A stretch of DNA of 47,753 nt from a virus (Duplodnaviria > Caudoviricetes), in IMG/VR virus record IMGVR_UViG_3300037467_000774, positions 1 to 47,753 of that record. One strand, 5' to 3'. The notes under the pieces are model-generated. The model was not told the origin of the DNA. It searched no databases and saw only the letters and a list, made by a program, of their open reading frames with translations. Position numbers and translations under genes: made by a program. Below, one piece after another: positions 15,783 through 24,101 of this stretch. Numbering within the stretch: the first letter of the stretch is position 1; every line of letters starts with the position of its first letter.

Positions 15783-17685
15783 TCTGGAAACCTGGTCAGA
15801 GACACCGATCGGCCACGGCACCAGCCGTTATGCCGAGGGCTCGGAGGTGCTGCTCAGCGCCTTCGCGCTGGACGACGATCCGGTCGAGGTCGTGGAGGGT
15901 TGGCCTCGCGCGCTCACCAGCCTGGTCGATAGCGCAGACCGGATCGTCGTTCATGGCGCGCGGTTCGAGCGCACCATCCTCAAGCACCAGGGCGTCACCC
16001 TGCCGGTCGAAAAGACGCACTGCACGATGGCGCAGGCGCGCAGCGTCGGCCTGCCCGGCGCGCTCGGAACGCTGTGCGATATCCTCGGCGTGCCGGTCGA
16101 CAAGGCCAAGGACAAGCAGGGCCGCCAGCTAATCAACCTGTTCTGCAAGCCGCTGCCGAAGAACCGCAAGGAGCGCCGCGCGACCAGGCACACGCACCCG
16201 GTCGAGTGGCAGCGATTCGTCGACTATGCCGGCCTCGACGTCGAGGCGATGCGCGAGGTCTACAAGCGCCTGCCCGTCTGGAACTACCAGGGCGCCGAGC
16301 GCGAGCTTTGGGAGCTCGACCAGCGCATCAACGAGCGCGGCTTCGCGATCGACCTTGACCTCGCCCGCGCCGCGATCACCGCCGTCGCCGCCGAGCAGAA
16401 GCGCTTGGGCAAGCGGACGCAGGAACTGACCGACGACGCGGTGCAGTCGACCAACCAGCGCGACGAGTTGCTGAAGCACCTGCTCGAAGAATGCGGCGTC
16501 ACGCTGCCTGATATGCAAAAAGGTACGCTCGAGCGGCGCTTGAACGACGAGATGCTGCCCGACGCCGCGCGCGAACTGATCGCGATCCGGCTCGAAGCGT
16601 CGAGCACCAGCGTCGCGAAGTACCAGGCCCTCGTCAACGCGACGTCGAGCGACGGGCGGCTGCGCGGTGCGCTGGAGTTCTGTGGCGCAGCGCGCACCGG
16701 GCGGTGGTCGGGGCGGCTGTTTCAGCCGCAGAATTTGCCGAGGCCAAAGCACGATAACGACGAGATCGAAGCGACGATCGACGCGCTCAAGAGCGGCACG
16801 GCCGACATGCTCTACGAGGACGTCATCGCCCGCTGCTCATCGGCCATCCGGGGCGCGATCATTGCGCCCGAGGGCAAGAAGCTGATCGTTGCCGACCTCG
16901 CCAATATCGAGGGCCGCGTGCTGGCGTGGCTCGCCGGCGAGCAGTGGAAGCTCGACGCCTTCAGGGCCTACGACGAAGGGCGCGGCCCCGACCTTTATCT
17001 CGTCACAGCTGCGCAGATCCTCGGCAAGCGCGTCGAGCAGGTGACGAAGGATGAGCGCCAGTCGACGGGCAAGGTGCCAGAACTCGCTTGCGGCTTCGGC
17101 GGCGCGGTCGGCGCGTTTGAATCAATGGCGCAACTTTACGGCCTCGACATCGACGAGCAAGGAGCGCTGCGCATCGTGAGGGCTTGGCGTGCCCGTCATC
17201 CAGAGACGGTGCAGCTGTGGTGGAACCTCGAAGCTAAGGTCAAGGACGCGATCCTTAATCCCGGCGTCACGTTGACGTACGACCGGCTCAAGGTTCGCCG
17301 TGATGGCAACTGGCTTCGCATGATCCTGCCGAGCGGTCGGGCGCTATGCTATCCCTCGCCGCGCCTTCAGTACGGCGAAATTACGTACAACGGCATCGAC
17401 CAATATACGAGGCGCTGGCAGCCGCTAAAAACCTACGGCGGCAAGCTGGTCGAGAACGCGACGCAGGCCGTCGCTCGCGACGTGCTCGCCGATGCGATGA
17501 TGCGCGCTGAGCAAGCGGGCTACAGCGTCGTGCTCAGCGTCCACGACGAACTGATCTGCGAGACCCCCGACAGCGACGAGTTCACCGCCGAGGGGCTGGT
17601 GCGAATCATGACGACTAACCCGCCCTGGGCCGACGGCTTGCCGCTGGCGGCCGAGGGCGAGGAGATGAGGAGGTACAGGAAGTGA
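15766..17685 (+). CDS. Family A DNA polymerase with 3'-5' exonuclease domain
   Basis: DLET exo I, RTGRWS, QNLP, ADLANIEGR motif A, VHDE motif C. Confidence 0.95.
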   Translation: MLLHLDLETWSETPIGHGTSRYAEGSEVLLSAFALDDDPVEVVEGWPRALTSLVDSADRIVVHGARFERTILKHQGVTLPVEKTHCTMAQARSVGLPGALGTLCDILGVPVDKAKDKQGRQLINLFCKPLPKNRKERRATRHTHPVEWQRFVDYAGLDVEAMREVYKRLPVWNYQGAERELWELDQRINERGFAIDLDLARAAITAVAAEQKRLGKRTQELTDDAVQSTNQRDELLKHLLEECGVTLPDMQKGTLERRLNDEMLPDAARELIAIRLEASSTSVAKYQALVNATSSDGRLRGALEFCGAARTGRWSGRLFQPQNLPRPKHDNDEIEATIDALKSGTADMLYEDVIARCSSAIRGAIIAPEGKKLIVADLANIEGRVLAWLAGEQWKLDAFRAYDEGRGPDLYLVTAAQILGKRVEQVTKDERQSTGKVPELACGFGGAVGAFESMAQLYGLDIDEQGALRIVRAWRARHPETVQLWWNLEAKVKDAILNPGVTLTYDRLKVRRDGNWLRMILPSGRALCYPSPRLQYGEITYNGIDQYTRRWQPLKTYGGKLVENATQAVARDVLADAMMRAEQAGYSVVLSVHDELICETPDSDEFTAEGLVRIMTTNPPWADGLPLAAEGEEMRRYRK

Positions 17686-18029
17686 GCTTTGCAACGTCGA
17701 TGTTCGAGCTTGGCGAATCCATGCGCAACGTGTGGGCGCAGGCTATCAGCAATCACCACAGCTATTCGCGCACGGGCGACGACGAGAGTGATGTCCGGTT
17801 CCTCACCCTCGGTCTCGCTGGCGAGGCGGGGGAACTGGCGAACTTCGTCAAGAAGCGGTGGCGCGACGGCGAACTTCACGACGACGACATTCGCAAGGAG
17901 ATCGCCGACGTCTGCGCGTATGCGTTCATGCTCGCTGCGCGCTTCGATATGTCGCCGCGCGATTTGCTCGATCTCATGGCGCACAAGCAGCAGGTGTTCG
18001 TCGAGAAGATGAAGGCCCTCGGCAAGTGA
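17682..18029 (+). CDS. MazG-like nucleotide pyrophosphohydrolase
   Basis: GLAGEAGELANFVKK...EIADV. Confidence 0.82.
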   Translation: MSFATSMFELGESMRNVWAQAISNHHSYSRTGDDESDVRFLTLGLAGEAGELANFVKKRWRDGELHDDDIRKEIADVCAYAFMLAARFDMSPRDLLDLMAHKQQVFVEKMKALGK

Positions 18030-18304
18030 TCGAAGCGCACGTCGAAACCTACTTCAAGCGCCGGGTGAAAGAGACCGGCGGCGAGGAGCGCAAGGTCGTA
18101 TGGCCGGGGCGCAAGGGCGCGCCCGACCGGCTCTGCGGCTGGCCCAACGGGCGGCACGGCTTCGTCGAGTTGAAGCGGCCCAAGGGGCGCGCGGAAGCGC
18201 ACCAGGCGCGCGAGCACGAGCGGCTGCGGGCGATCGGCTTTCGGGTCGACGTGATCGACACGACGGCGCTGGTGGATTCGTACGTGGAGGAGATGAGCCG
18301 GTGA
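18026..18304 (+). CDS. VRR-NUC nuclease
   Basis: GAPDRL...FVELKRP...Q. Confidence 0.88.
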   Translation: MIEAHVETYFKRRVKETGGEERKVVWPGRKGAPDRLCGWPNGRHGFVELKRPKGRAEAHQAREHERLRAIGFRVDVIDTTALVDSYVEEMSR

Positions 18305-18519
18305 GCTTGGCCATAGATAAAGGCGTGCCCATGCCACCTTCGCAAAGCGGCACCAAATATCCGTTCGGTAAAATGGAAGTTGGTGATAGCTTCCTGACCG
18401 AAGCGAGCGAACGGCAGCGTGTTTCGTCGGCCGCTAACTCGTACGGCAAGCAGCATAATTGTAAGTTCGCTTGCCGGCGGACTGCCGAAGGCGGCCTGCG
18501 GGTGTGGCGGGTAGAATGA
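18301..18519 (+). CDS. Small putative DNA-binding protein
   Basis: IDKGVPMP...KYPFGKMEVGDSF...RVWRV. Confidence 0.75.
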   Translation: MSLAIDKGVPMPPSQSGTKYPFGKMEVGDSFLTEASERQRVSSAANSYGKQHNCKFACRRTAEGGLRVWRVE

Positions 18520-19880
18520 TCTACCAGCCTCGCCCTTACCAGCACCTCATCACGGCGCACGAGCTCGACCGCGAGCGCGGCGGCGTGTGGGCTGGCATGG
18601 GTATGGGCAAGACAGCGGCGACGCTCGAAGCAATCGCCGCTTTGCAGTTGAGCGACAGCCGGCCGGCGCTGGTGCTGGCGCCGCTGCGCGTCGCGCAATC
18701 GACCTGGCCCGACGAGGCGAAGAAGTGGTCGAACCTCAGTCACCTCGACGTCGTGCCGATCGTCGGCAGCGAGAAGGAGCGGAGCAATGCGCTGGCTCGG
18801 GATAGTGCAATCAAGACGATCAACTTCGAGAACATCAGCTGGCTCGTCGACCGTCTTGGTGATCGTTGGCCGTTCGGCACGGTCGTCGCCGACGAGAGTA
18901 CCCGCCTCAAGTCCTTCCGCCTCGGCGGCAAGGGCGGACGCCGGGCGCGCAGTATTGCGAAGATCGCGCACACCAGGATCGAGCGCTGGATCAACCTCAC
19001 AGGCACGCCGAGCCCCAACGGACTAGCCGACCTGTGGGGCCAGTCCTGGTTTCTCGACGCAGGGCAGCGCCTCGGTCGCACATACAGCAACTTCACCGAG
19101 CGCTGGTTCCGCAAGGGTTTTAACGGCTTCGGTCTCGAACCGCTGCCGTTCGCCCAAGAGCAGATCGAGGAAAAAATCCGCGACCTGCACATCACCGTCG
19201 ATCCCGCCGACTGGTTCGACCTCAAGGAGCCCATCGTCAACGTCGTGCGCGTCGAGCTGCCGAGCAAGGCCCGCGCGCTCTACCGCGACATGGAAAAGCG
19301 CATGTTCATGGAGATCGGCGAGCACGACGTCGAGGCGTTCAACGCCGCGTCCCGCACGATCAAGTGCCTGCAGCTGGCGAACGGCGCGGCCTACGTGGGC
19401 GACAGCAACGACAAATGGGTGGAGGTCCACGATGCCAAGATTCAGGCGCTTCAGTCTATCACCGAGGAAGCTATGGGAGCACCGGTCCTGGTCGCCTACC
19501 ACTTCAAAAGCGATCTGGCCCGGCTACAGCGAGCATTCCCTTACGGCAGGGTTCTGGACTCTGACCCTCAGACGATCCGAGACTGGAACGCTGGTCACAT
19601 ACCGCTTCTCTTTGCTCATCCGGCGTCGGCGGGGCACGGGTTAAATTTACAAGATGGAGGCAATATCCTGGTGTTCTTCGGGCACTGGTGGGGGTTGGAG
19701 GAATTTCAGCAGATCATCGAGCGCATCGGGCCGGTGAGGCAGCGCCAGGCCGGCCACGACCGGCCGGTGTTCATCCACCACATCGTAGCATCTGACACCG
19801 TGGATGAGTTGGTCATGGCGCGGCGCGAGACGAAACGCGAGGTGCAGGATTTATTGTTGGAAGCGATGAAGTCCCGATGA
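18516..19880 (+). CDS. SNF2-like superfamily 2 helicase
   Basis: MGMGKT, DEST, LTGTP, GHGLNLQ. Confidence 0.92.
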   Translation: MIYQPRPYQHLITAHELDRERGGVWAGMGMGKTAATLEAIAALQLSDSRPALVLAPLRVAQSTWPDEAKKWSNLSHLDVVPIVGSEKERSNALARDSAIKTINFENISWLVDRLGDRWPFGTVVADESTRLKSFRLGGKGGRRARSIAKIAHTRIERWINLTGTPSPNGLADLWGQSWFLDAGQRLGRTYSNFTERWFRKGFNGFGLEPLPFAQEQIEEKIRDLHITVDPADWFDLKEPIVNVVRVELPSKARALYRDMEKRMFMEIGEHDVEAFNAASRTIKCLQLANGAAYVGDSNDKWVEVHDAKIQALQSITEEAMGAPVLVAYHFKSDLARLQRAFPYGRVLDSDPQTIRDWNAGHIPLLFAHPASAGHGLNLQDGGNILVFFGHWWGLEEFQQIIERIGPVRQRQAGHDRPVFIHHIVASDTVDELVMARRETKREVQDLLLEAMKSR

Positions 19881-20059
19881 CCGCCCGCGCCACTTTCAAA
19901 CAGGCCGACTACACGCGCATCTTCAACGCCGCGAAGAAGGCTGGCGTGCGGGTCAAGGTCGGGCCTGACGGCTCGGTCGAGATGTTGACCGAATCGGGCG
20001 TCGAGCAGCATGGTAAGAGGAACCCTTGGGACGAGGTGTTCGATGCCCCGCCGGCGTAA
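19877..20059 (+). CDS. Small protein upstream of integrase (probable excisionase/RDF)
   Basis: ATFKQAD...AAKKAG...NPWD; position immediately before int. Confidence 0.65.
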   Translation: MTARATFKQADYTRIFNAAKKAGVRVKVGPDGSVEMLTESGVEQHGKRNPWDEVFDAPPA

Positions 20060-21122
20060 GCGCTACAAGAATGTAACGCCGTTCCTGGACAGGCACGGCA
20101 AGCAGCGGTGGCGCTGGCGCAAGACTGGCTTCAAGCAGCACCTGTTCCGCGCGCCCTACGGCTCGCCAGAGTTTGAGGCCGAGTACGATGCCTGCCGATC
20201 GCAAGCGCTCGCCGTTGGCGGGAACCGCTCGGCGCCGGGGTCGATCGACGATCTGATCGCCCGATATATCAAGACGCTTGTGTTCCGGGGGGCGGGTTCC
20301 GTAACGCAGCACTCGAATCGTCTTATCCTCGACCGCTTTCAGGCGAAGCACGGCAAGAAGCCGGTCGCGCTCATCACGAAGCACCATATTGAGGCAATCC
20401 TCACGGACACCCTGCCGAAGCGCCGCGAGGGTAAGCGCACGGTCGGAGGCCCTGAAGCGGCGCGCAAGCTACTCAAGGAATTGAAGAAGCTGTTCGACTG
20501 CGCGGTCGATGCCGAAATGATCGACAAGAACCCGGCTGCCCGCGTCAAGCTGCCCAAGAGCAAGTCGAAAGGGCACCACACTTGGACCGAAGAGGAGATC
20601 GCGCAATACCAGCGCCGCCATGCGCTCGGCTCGAAGGCGCGGCTTGCATTGGAGATCGCGTTGTGGACCGGCCAGCGCCGGGGGGACGTCTATCGCTTCG
20701 GCCCCGCGCATCTCAAGAGCGGCAAGATCCGCTACGAGCAGGAGAAGGGAGGCAAGTCGCTGTGGCTGCCGGCCGCGCCGCAGATGCTCGCGGCGATCGA
20801 GGCGATGCCATCGGTCGGGATCGCCGCGTTCATCGTCACCGAGCATGGAAAGCCCTTCAGCAAGGCGGGCTTTGGCAACAAGTTTCGTGATTGGTGCGAC
20901 CAGGCGGGCCTACCGCACTGCACGCTGCACGGCCTGCGCAAAGCCATCACGCGACGCATGGCCGAGGCGGGCAAGACGAACCAGCAGATGAAGGCTGTCG
21001 GGGGATGGTCGAACGACCGGCTCGTGGGGCTTTACGCCCGCGACGCCGAGCAGGCGAAACTAGCCGAGGACACACTGGTTGATTTGGCAAACCGTTTTGG
21101 CAACCCCCGCATAAACGATTGA
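20043..21122 (+). CDS. int: Tyrosine integrase
   Basis: DRHGK arm-binding N-terminus; GQRRGD, HGLRK, GW and LYA catalytic residues. Confidence 0.93.
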   Translation: MPRRRKRYKNVTPFLDRHGKQRWRWRKTGFKQHLFRAPYGSPEFEAEYDACRSQALAVGGNRSAPGSIDDLIARYIKTLVFRGAGSVTQHSNRLILDRFQAKHGKKPVALITKHHIEAILTDTLPKRREGKRTVGGPEAARKLLKELKKLFDCAVDAEMIDKNPAARVKLPKSKSKGHHTWTEEEIAQYQRRHALGSKARLALEIALWTGQRRGDVYRFGPAHLKSGKIRYEQEKGGKSLWLPAAPQMLAAIEAMPSVGIAAFIVTEHGKPFSKAGFGNKFRDWCDQAGLPHCTLHGLRKAITRRMAEAGKTNQQMKAVGGWSNDRLVGLYARDAEQAKLAEDTLVDLANRFGNPRIND

Positions 21123-21246
21123 TTTTATTAGAAGGTGGAGGCCCGAGCCGTGCCGCAACAATCGTGTTATTTCAAAATGTTGTTTTGGCAAACGTATCGA
21201 AATATGCGAAAAACGCATCGCTACGACCGGCGCGATTTGGCTAACC
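21083..21246. mobile_element. attP: attP: 15-bp core (21136-21150) resembling a tRNA-Cys 3' end, with arm repeats and an IHF site
   Basis: Reverse complement CGGCTCGGGCCTCCA; TTTGGC(A/T)A arm repeats at 21083, 21096, 21184 and 21236; IHF consensus AATCAA-N4-TTA at 21112-21124 (- strand). Confidence 0.8.
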
Positions 21247-21276
21247 TTTTCGATGCGCCCACCAAGGAGTTCCCTC

Positions 21277-21459
21277 ATGGATAGACAATCTCAATCGGTG
21301 GAGGAGTTGGCGCGGCGCGATTTAAGCGCGGCCAGGTGTCTGCGCTCGTATGCCGATCATTACGACAGGTTACATCGCGACATTGCGGACGATTTCAGAC
21401 TCGGCGCTGAAGCACTCGAAGCCCGCGCATCCCATCAACAGGAGAGAGATCGTGACTGA
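21277..21459 (+). CDS. Hypothetical protein
   Basis: AAGGAG RBS; MDRQSQSVEELARR... Confidence 0.65.
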   Translation: MDRQSQSVEELARRDLSAARCLRSYADHYDRLHRDIADDFRLGAEALEARASHQQERDRD

Positions 21460-21577
21460 ACAACTTGCAAGACTGTGGTGCCGTCTTCGGGGGCACGCTG
21501 GAGTGCAGATCATCGGACATACCAGATGCTGGCTCCTGCTGCGTTGCAAGCGCTGCGGCGCGCGGTTCCTGGGCTGA
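21452..21577 (+). CDS. Small Cys/His prophage protein (DUF1660-like)
   Basis: LWCRLRGH...RCKRCG. Confidence 0.6.
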   Translation: MTEQLARLWCRLRGHAGVQIIGHTRCWLLLRCKRCGARFLG

Positions 21578-21600
21578 GCGAGAGACGAGAGGGAATAGCG

Positions 21601-21837
21601 ATGGACCGCAGCTTGGATGAAATCACCCGCCTGATCGAGGTCTATCCGCCTACATGGCGGCGATGGTGCGACGGACCGGAGAACGGCGGATGCGCTTGCT
21701 TGGGGTGCGTCCGTCAGCCAGCGCCTTCAACTGTGCGCGGCGATCCCGAGGGACAGCCGTTTCCCAATCCAGCTGACCGCCTCACGCGAGAAGAAGTCGA
21801 AAGATACCGCAGTCGAGGAGACAATAGCAATGGATGA
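21601..21837 (+). CDS. Cys-rich hypothetical protein
   Basis: RRWC...GCACLGC; GAGGG RBS. Confidence 0.65.
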   Translation: MDRSLDEITRLIEVYPPTWRRWCDGPENGGCACLGCVRQPAPSTVRGDPEGQPFPNPADRLTREEVERYRSRGDNSNG

Positions 21838-22000
21838 GACGAGGGTGGAGCGCATGACACATGCTGAGCGCGTCGCATTTGACCGTGGCGAAGGACATCG
21901 TTGCATTACCCATGATCGGACTAATCCATACCCGCTAGAACGGGCTGCGGAGCGTGCGGCATGGGAACGCGGTTGGGAGAGGGTAGAAGCCAATGCCTGA
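21830..22000 (+). CDS. Ribosome modulation factor (RMF/CrpP)-like small protein
   Basis: 56 aa: ERVAFDRG...NPY...RAAWERGW; GAGGAG RBS. Confidence 0.65.
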   Translation: MDETRVERMTHAERVAFDRGEGHRCITHDRTNPYPLERAAERAAWERGWERVEANA

Positions 22001-22403
22001 AGCGGAAATGCCGACGCTCGATGAGGTTCACGCCTTCCTGCTCGGCACAGGGCCTATCAATGGCGTGTGGTTCGGCGACCAAGAACAAGGTTCTGGCCGT
22101 CCGTATTGGTGGCGAAAGTTCCTGCGCGAAGCCATTGCGGCCCGCCCCACCGACCCCGGCGAGGATAAGGTTGAGGCGGTTGCGCTCATTGGGCGACTGT
22201 CAGACTGTTTGCGAGAGCTTGTCGCCGTCGTTCGCGGGGAGTGCCCGTCATTGCTCAATGAGGACAGCGGCGGTGATGCCAAGCTCGATATCGAAATCGA
22301 CGAAGCGCTCGAAGACGCCCGCGCCGCAATCGCAGCAATGGGACACACCCCACCATCAGGAGAGGATGGGGAGCCTACCGAGAGGGGCAGCCCGGCACCT
22401 TGA
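21993..22403 (+). CDS. Hypothetical protein
   Basis: GVWFG...YWWR; coupled to the upstream ORF. Confidence 0.65.
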   Translation: MPEAEMPTLDEVHAFLLGTGPINGVWFGDQEQGSGRPYWWRKFLREAIAARPTDPGEDKVEAVALIGRLSDCLRELVAVVRGECPSLLNEDSGGDAKLDIEIDEALEDARAAIAAMGHTPPSGEDGEPTERGSPAP

Positions 22404-22665
22404 CCTTGTAGACGCGCTGCGCCCACCGGCACACGCGACCGCCGGCGTCGTAGAGCCGACCGCCCCACGCTTCGATCGCAGCGTTGTAGTCGGCGTTGGC
22501 CTGGTCCGAGGTGGCGATATCGTCGCTCGGGACGGGCTTCGGCTCGACCGCCGCCGACAGGTCAGCGACAGGCGGGTGGATTGCGCCCGAGGTCGCGCAG
22601 GCGCTTGCAAGCAAGAGCGTGGCTAGGACCAGCAGGAGCCGCGTCGGGCACCGAGTGGATGACAT
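22375..22665 (-). CDS. o-spanin (Rz1-like lipoprotein)
   Basis: Lipobox LASAC and a Pro-rich segment; overlaps the Rz 3' end in another frame. Confidence 0.78.
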   Translation of the reverse strand: MSSTRCPTRLLLVLATLLLASACATSGAIHPPVADLSAAVEPKPVPSDDIATSDQANADYNAAIEAWGGRLYDAGGRVCRWAQRVYKVKVPGCPSR

Positions 22666-22930
22666 CGTGCATCTCCTGTTCTGCTTTGGCGTTCGCGATC
22701 GCGTCGTCGGCGCGCTCGGCCGCTGCCTTGTCGGTGGCGGGCGCCGCGCGGCGCTCGACCTTCTGGTTGCTGGCGGCGATGACGTGGCGGTTGTAGGCGG
22801 CGATGAGCCCCGCGCAGGCGCACAGGACCACCAGGAACAGCGCGGCGGTGACAATCCAACGCGCGACGCCCTCGGTGATCGTCTTGCCGAATATCTGCTT
22901 GCCGACGAGGAAGCCTATAGCCGAGCCCAT
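22562..22930 (-). CDS. i-spanin (Rz-like)
   Basis: N-terminal TM, Ala-rich coiled coil, C-terminal Cys residues. Confidence 0.78.
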   Translation of the reverse strand: MGSAIGFLVGKQIFGKTITEGVARWIVTAALFLVVLCACAGLIAAYNRHVIAASNQKVERRAAPATDKAAAERADDAIANAKAEQEMHDVIHSVPDAAPAGPSHALACKRLRDLGRNPPACR

Positions 22931-23148
22931 CAGACAGTCCCTCCGTCCTTCGACCGAATGACCTTGAAGCCCTCCCAATGGTCGCGCGGCAGGAGCGACA
23001 CCGGCGGCAGCGGACGGCAGTCGTTCGCGGCGGTGTGAACCAGCGGCAGGCGCTGTTGCGGCGAGAGATGTTGCACGACGCAGTTCATCGTCATCACGCC
23101 CATCGCCCACGCGGCGAGTAGCACGAGGCCGAGACGAAGCGCTTTCAC
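22930..23148 (-). CDS. Small membrane or exported protein in the lysis cassette
   Basis: Hydrophobic N-terminus; coupled overlaps on both sides. Confidence 0.6.
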   Translation of the reverse strand: MKALRLGLVLLAAWAMGVMTMNCVVQHLSPQQRLPLVHTAANDCRPLPPVSLLPRDHWEGFKVIRSKDGGTV

Positions 23149-23564
23149 GCCAGCCCCTCGGCGACGAGCCAGCTGCGCACGTCGAAGCTCGGGCAGTCCT
23201 TGTGAACGTTCGGCCAGTCGCGATGGCCGAGTACGGTGAGGCCGGGGTACTTGTCCTGGTACTGCCTGACGAGGTGCGCCAGCGCCGCGATCTGTTCGGG
23301 CGTGCGCGTGTCCTTGGCTTGCATGTGCACGTCACACCCGCCGACGTAGCAGATCCCGATGTTGCCGGTGTTGTGCCCGCCGGTGTGGGCGCCGCGCACG
23401 CCGTCCTGAAGGCTGCGGTGCGCCGTGCCGTCGAGCTCGACAATCCAGTGGTAGGACGGCTGGTTGAAGCGGGCGCGGTCCCACTGTTCGACCTCGTGCG
23501 CCGGGACATTGCGCCCTTCGGGCGTCGCCGCGCAGTGAATCGTGAGGTGTGTGACGGGGAACAT
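23145..23564 (-). CDS. Endolysin, N-acetylmuramoyl-L-alanine amidase (T7 lysozyme-like)
   Basis: IHCAAT, SYHW, GAH, IGICYVGG, GHRD...KDCPSF zinc ligands. Confidence 0.92.
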   Translation of the reverse strand: MFPVTHLTIHCAATPEGRNVPAHEVEQWDRARFNQPSYHWIVELDGTAHRSLQDGVRGAHTGGHNTGNIGICYVGGCDVHMQAKDTRTPEQIAALAHLVRQYQDKYPGLTVLGHRDWPNVHKDCPSFDVRSWLVAEGLA

Positions 23565-23773
23565 CACTTGTCCTCGGGCAGCCGGTCGAGCACGCCGCGC
23601 AGGTCGTCAGGCACCGGCTCGGCGACCGTCTCGTCGAAGATGTGCCTGAGCATCGCGCCGATGCCTTCATGGCGCACCTGGTCGACGTGGGCGTGGATGG
23701 CCTTCGCGCCGCACGTCACCGCGCCGGTGGCGCTCAGTGCGCCGACGATCAGAATCACGTTCGGGTCAAGCAT
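23564..23773 (-). CDS. NepR-like anti-sigma domain protein with hydrophobic N-terminus
   Basis: IGAMLRHIFDETVAEPVPDDLRGVLDRL matches the NepR core pattern. Confidence 0.7.
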   Translation of the reverse strand: MLDPNVILIVGALSATGAVTCGAKAIHAHVDQVRHEGIGAMLRHIFDETVAEPVPDDLRGVLDRLPEDK

Positions 23774-24101
23774 TGCCGAGCTTCCGGTTGAGCAGCCGGG
23801 CAATCGCGTCGATCCAGAAGCCGAAGCCGAGCGCGCCCGAGATGAGGCACCCGGCGATCACGAACTCGATCGGCAGCGGCCACTTGTAGACCGCGCCGAT
23901 CCATGCCGCGCCGAACGCGGGGATCGTCAGGAACTCGCCGATCGCCGACCACAGTTGCTTGCGTCGCCATGCTTTGAACGCGGCCGGGTCGAAGGGCGGG
24001 GGGTCGCCCCCGATTTTCCAGCCCATGCGCGCAAGAATGCCCGCAGCCGCGAGGCTGCAATAGATGAGGAAGTCGTGAACCGAGGCGTGGTGTTGGTCCA
24101 T
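23766..24101 (-). CDS. Putative holin (3 TM)
   Basis: Three hydrophobic segments and a basic C-terminus; upstream of the endolysin. Confidence 0.65.
   Translation of the reverse strand: MDQHHASVHDFLIYCSLAAAGILARMGWKIGGDPPPFDPAAFKAWRRKQLWSAIGEFLTIPAFGAAWIGAVYKWPLPIEFVIAGCLISGALGFGFWIDAIARLLNRKLGNA

Noticed and set aside
21136-21150. tRNA gene
   Set aside because: Only the last 15 nt are present with no cloverleaf, so it is interpreted as the att core.
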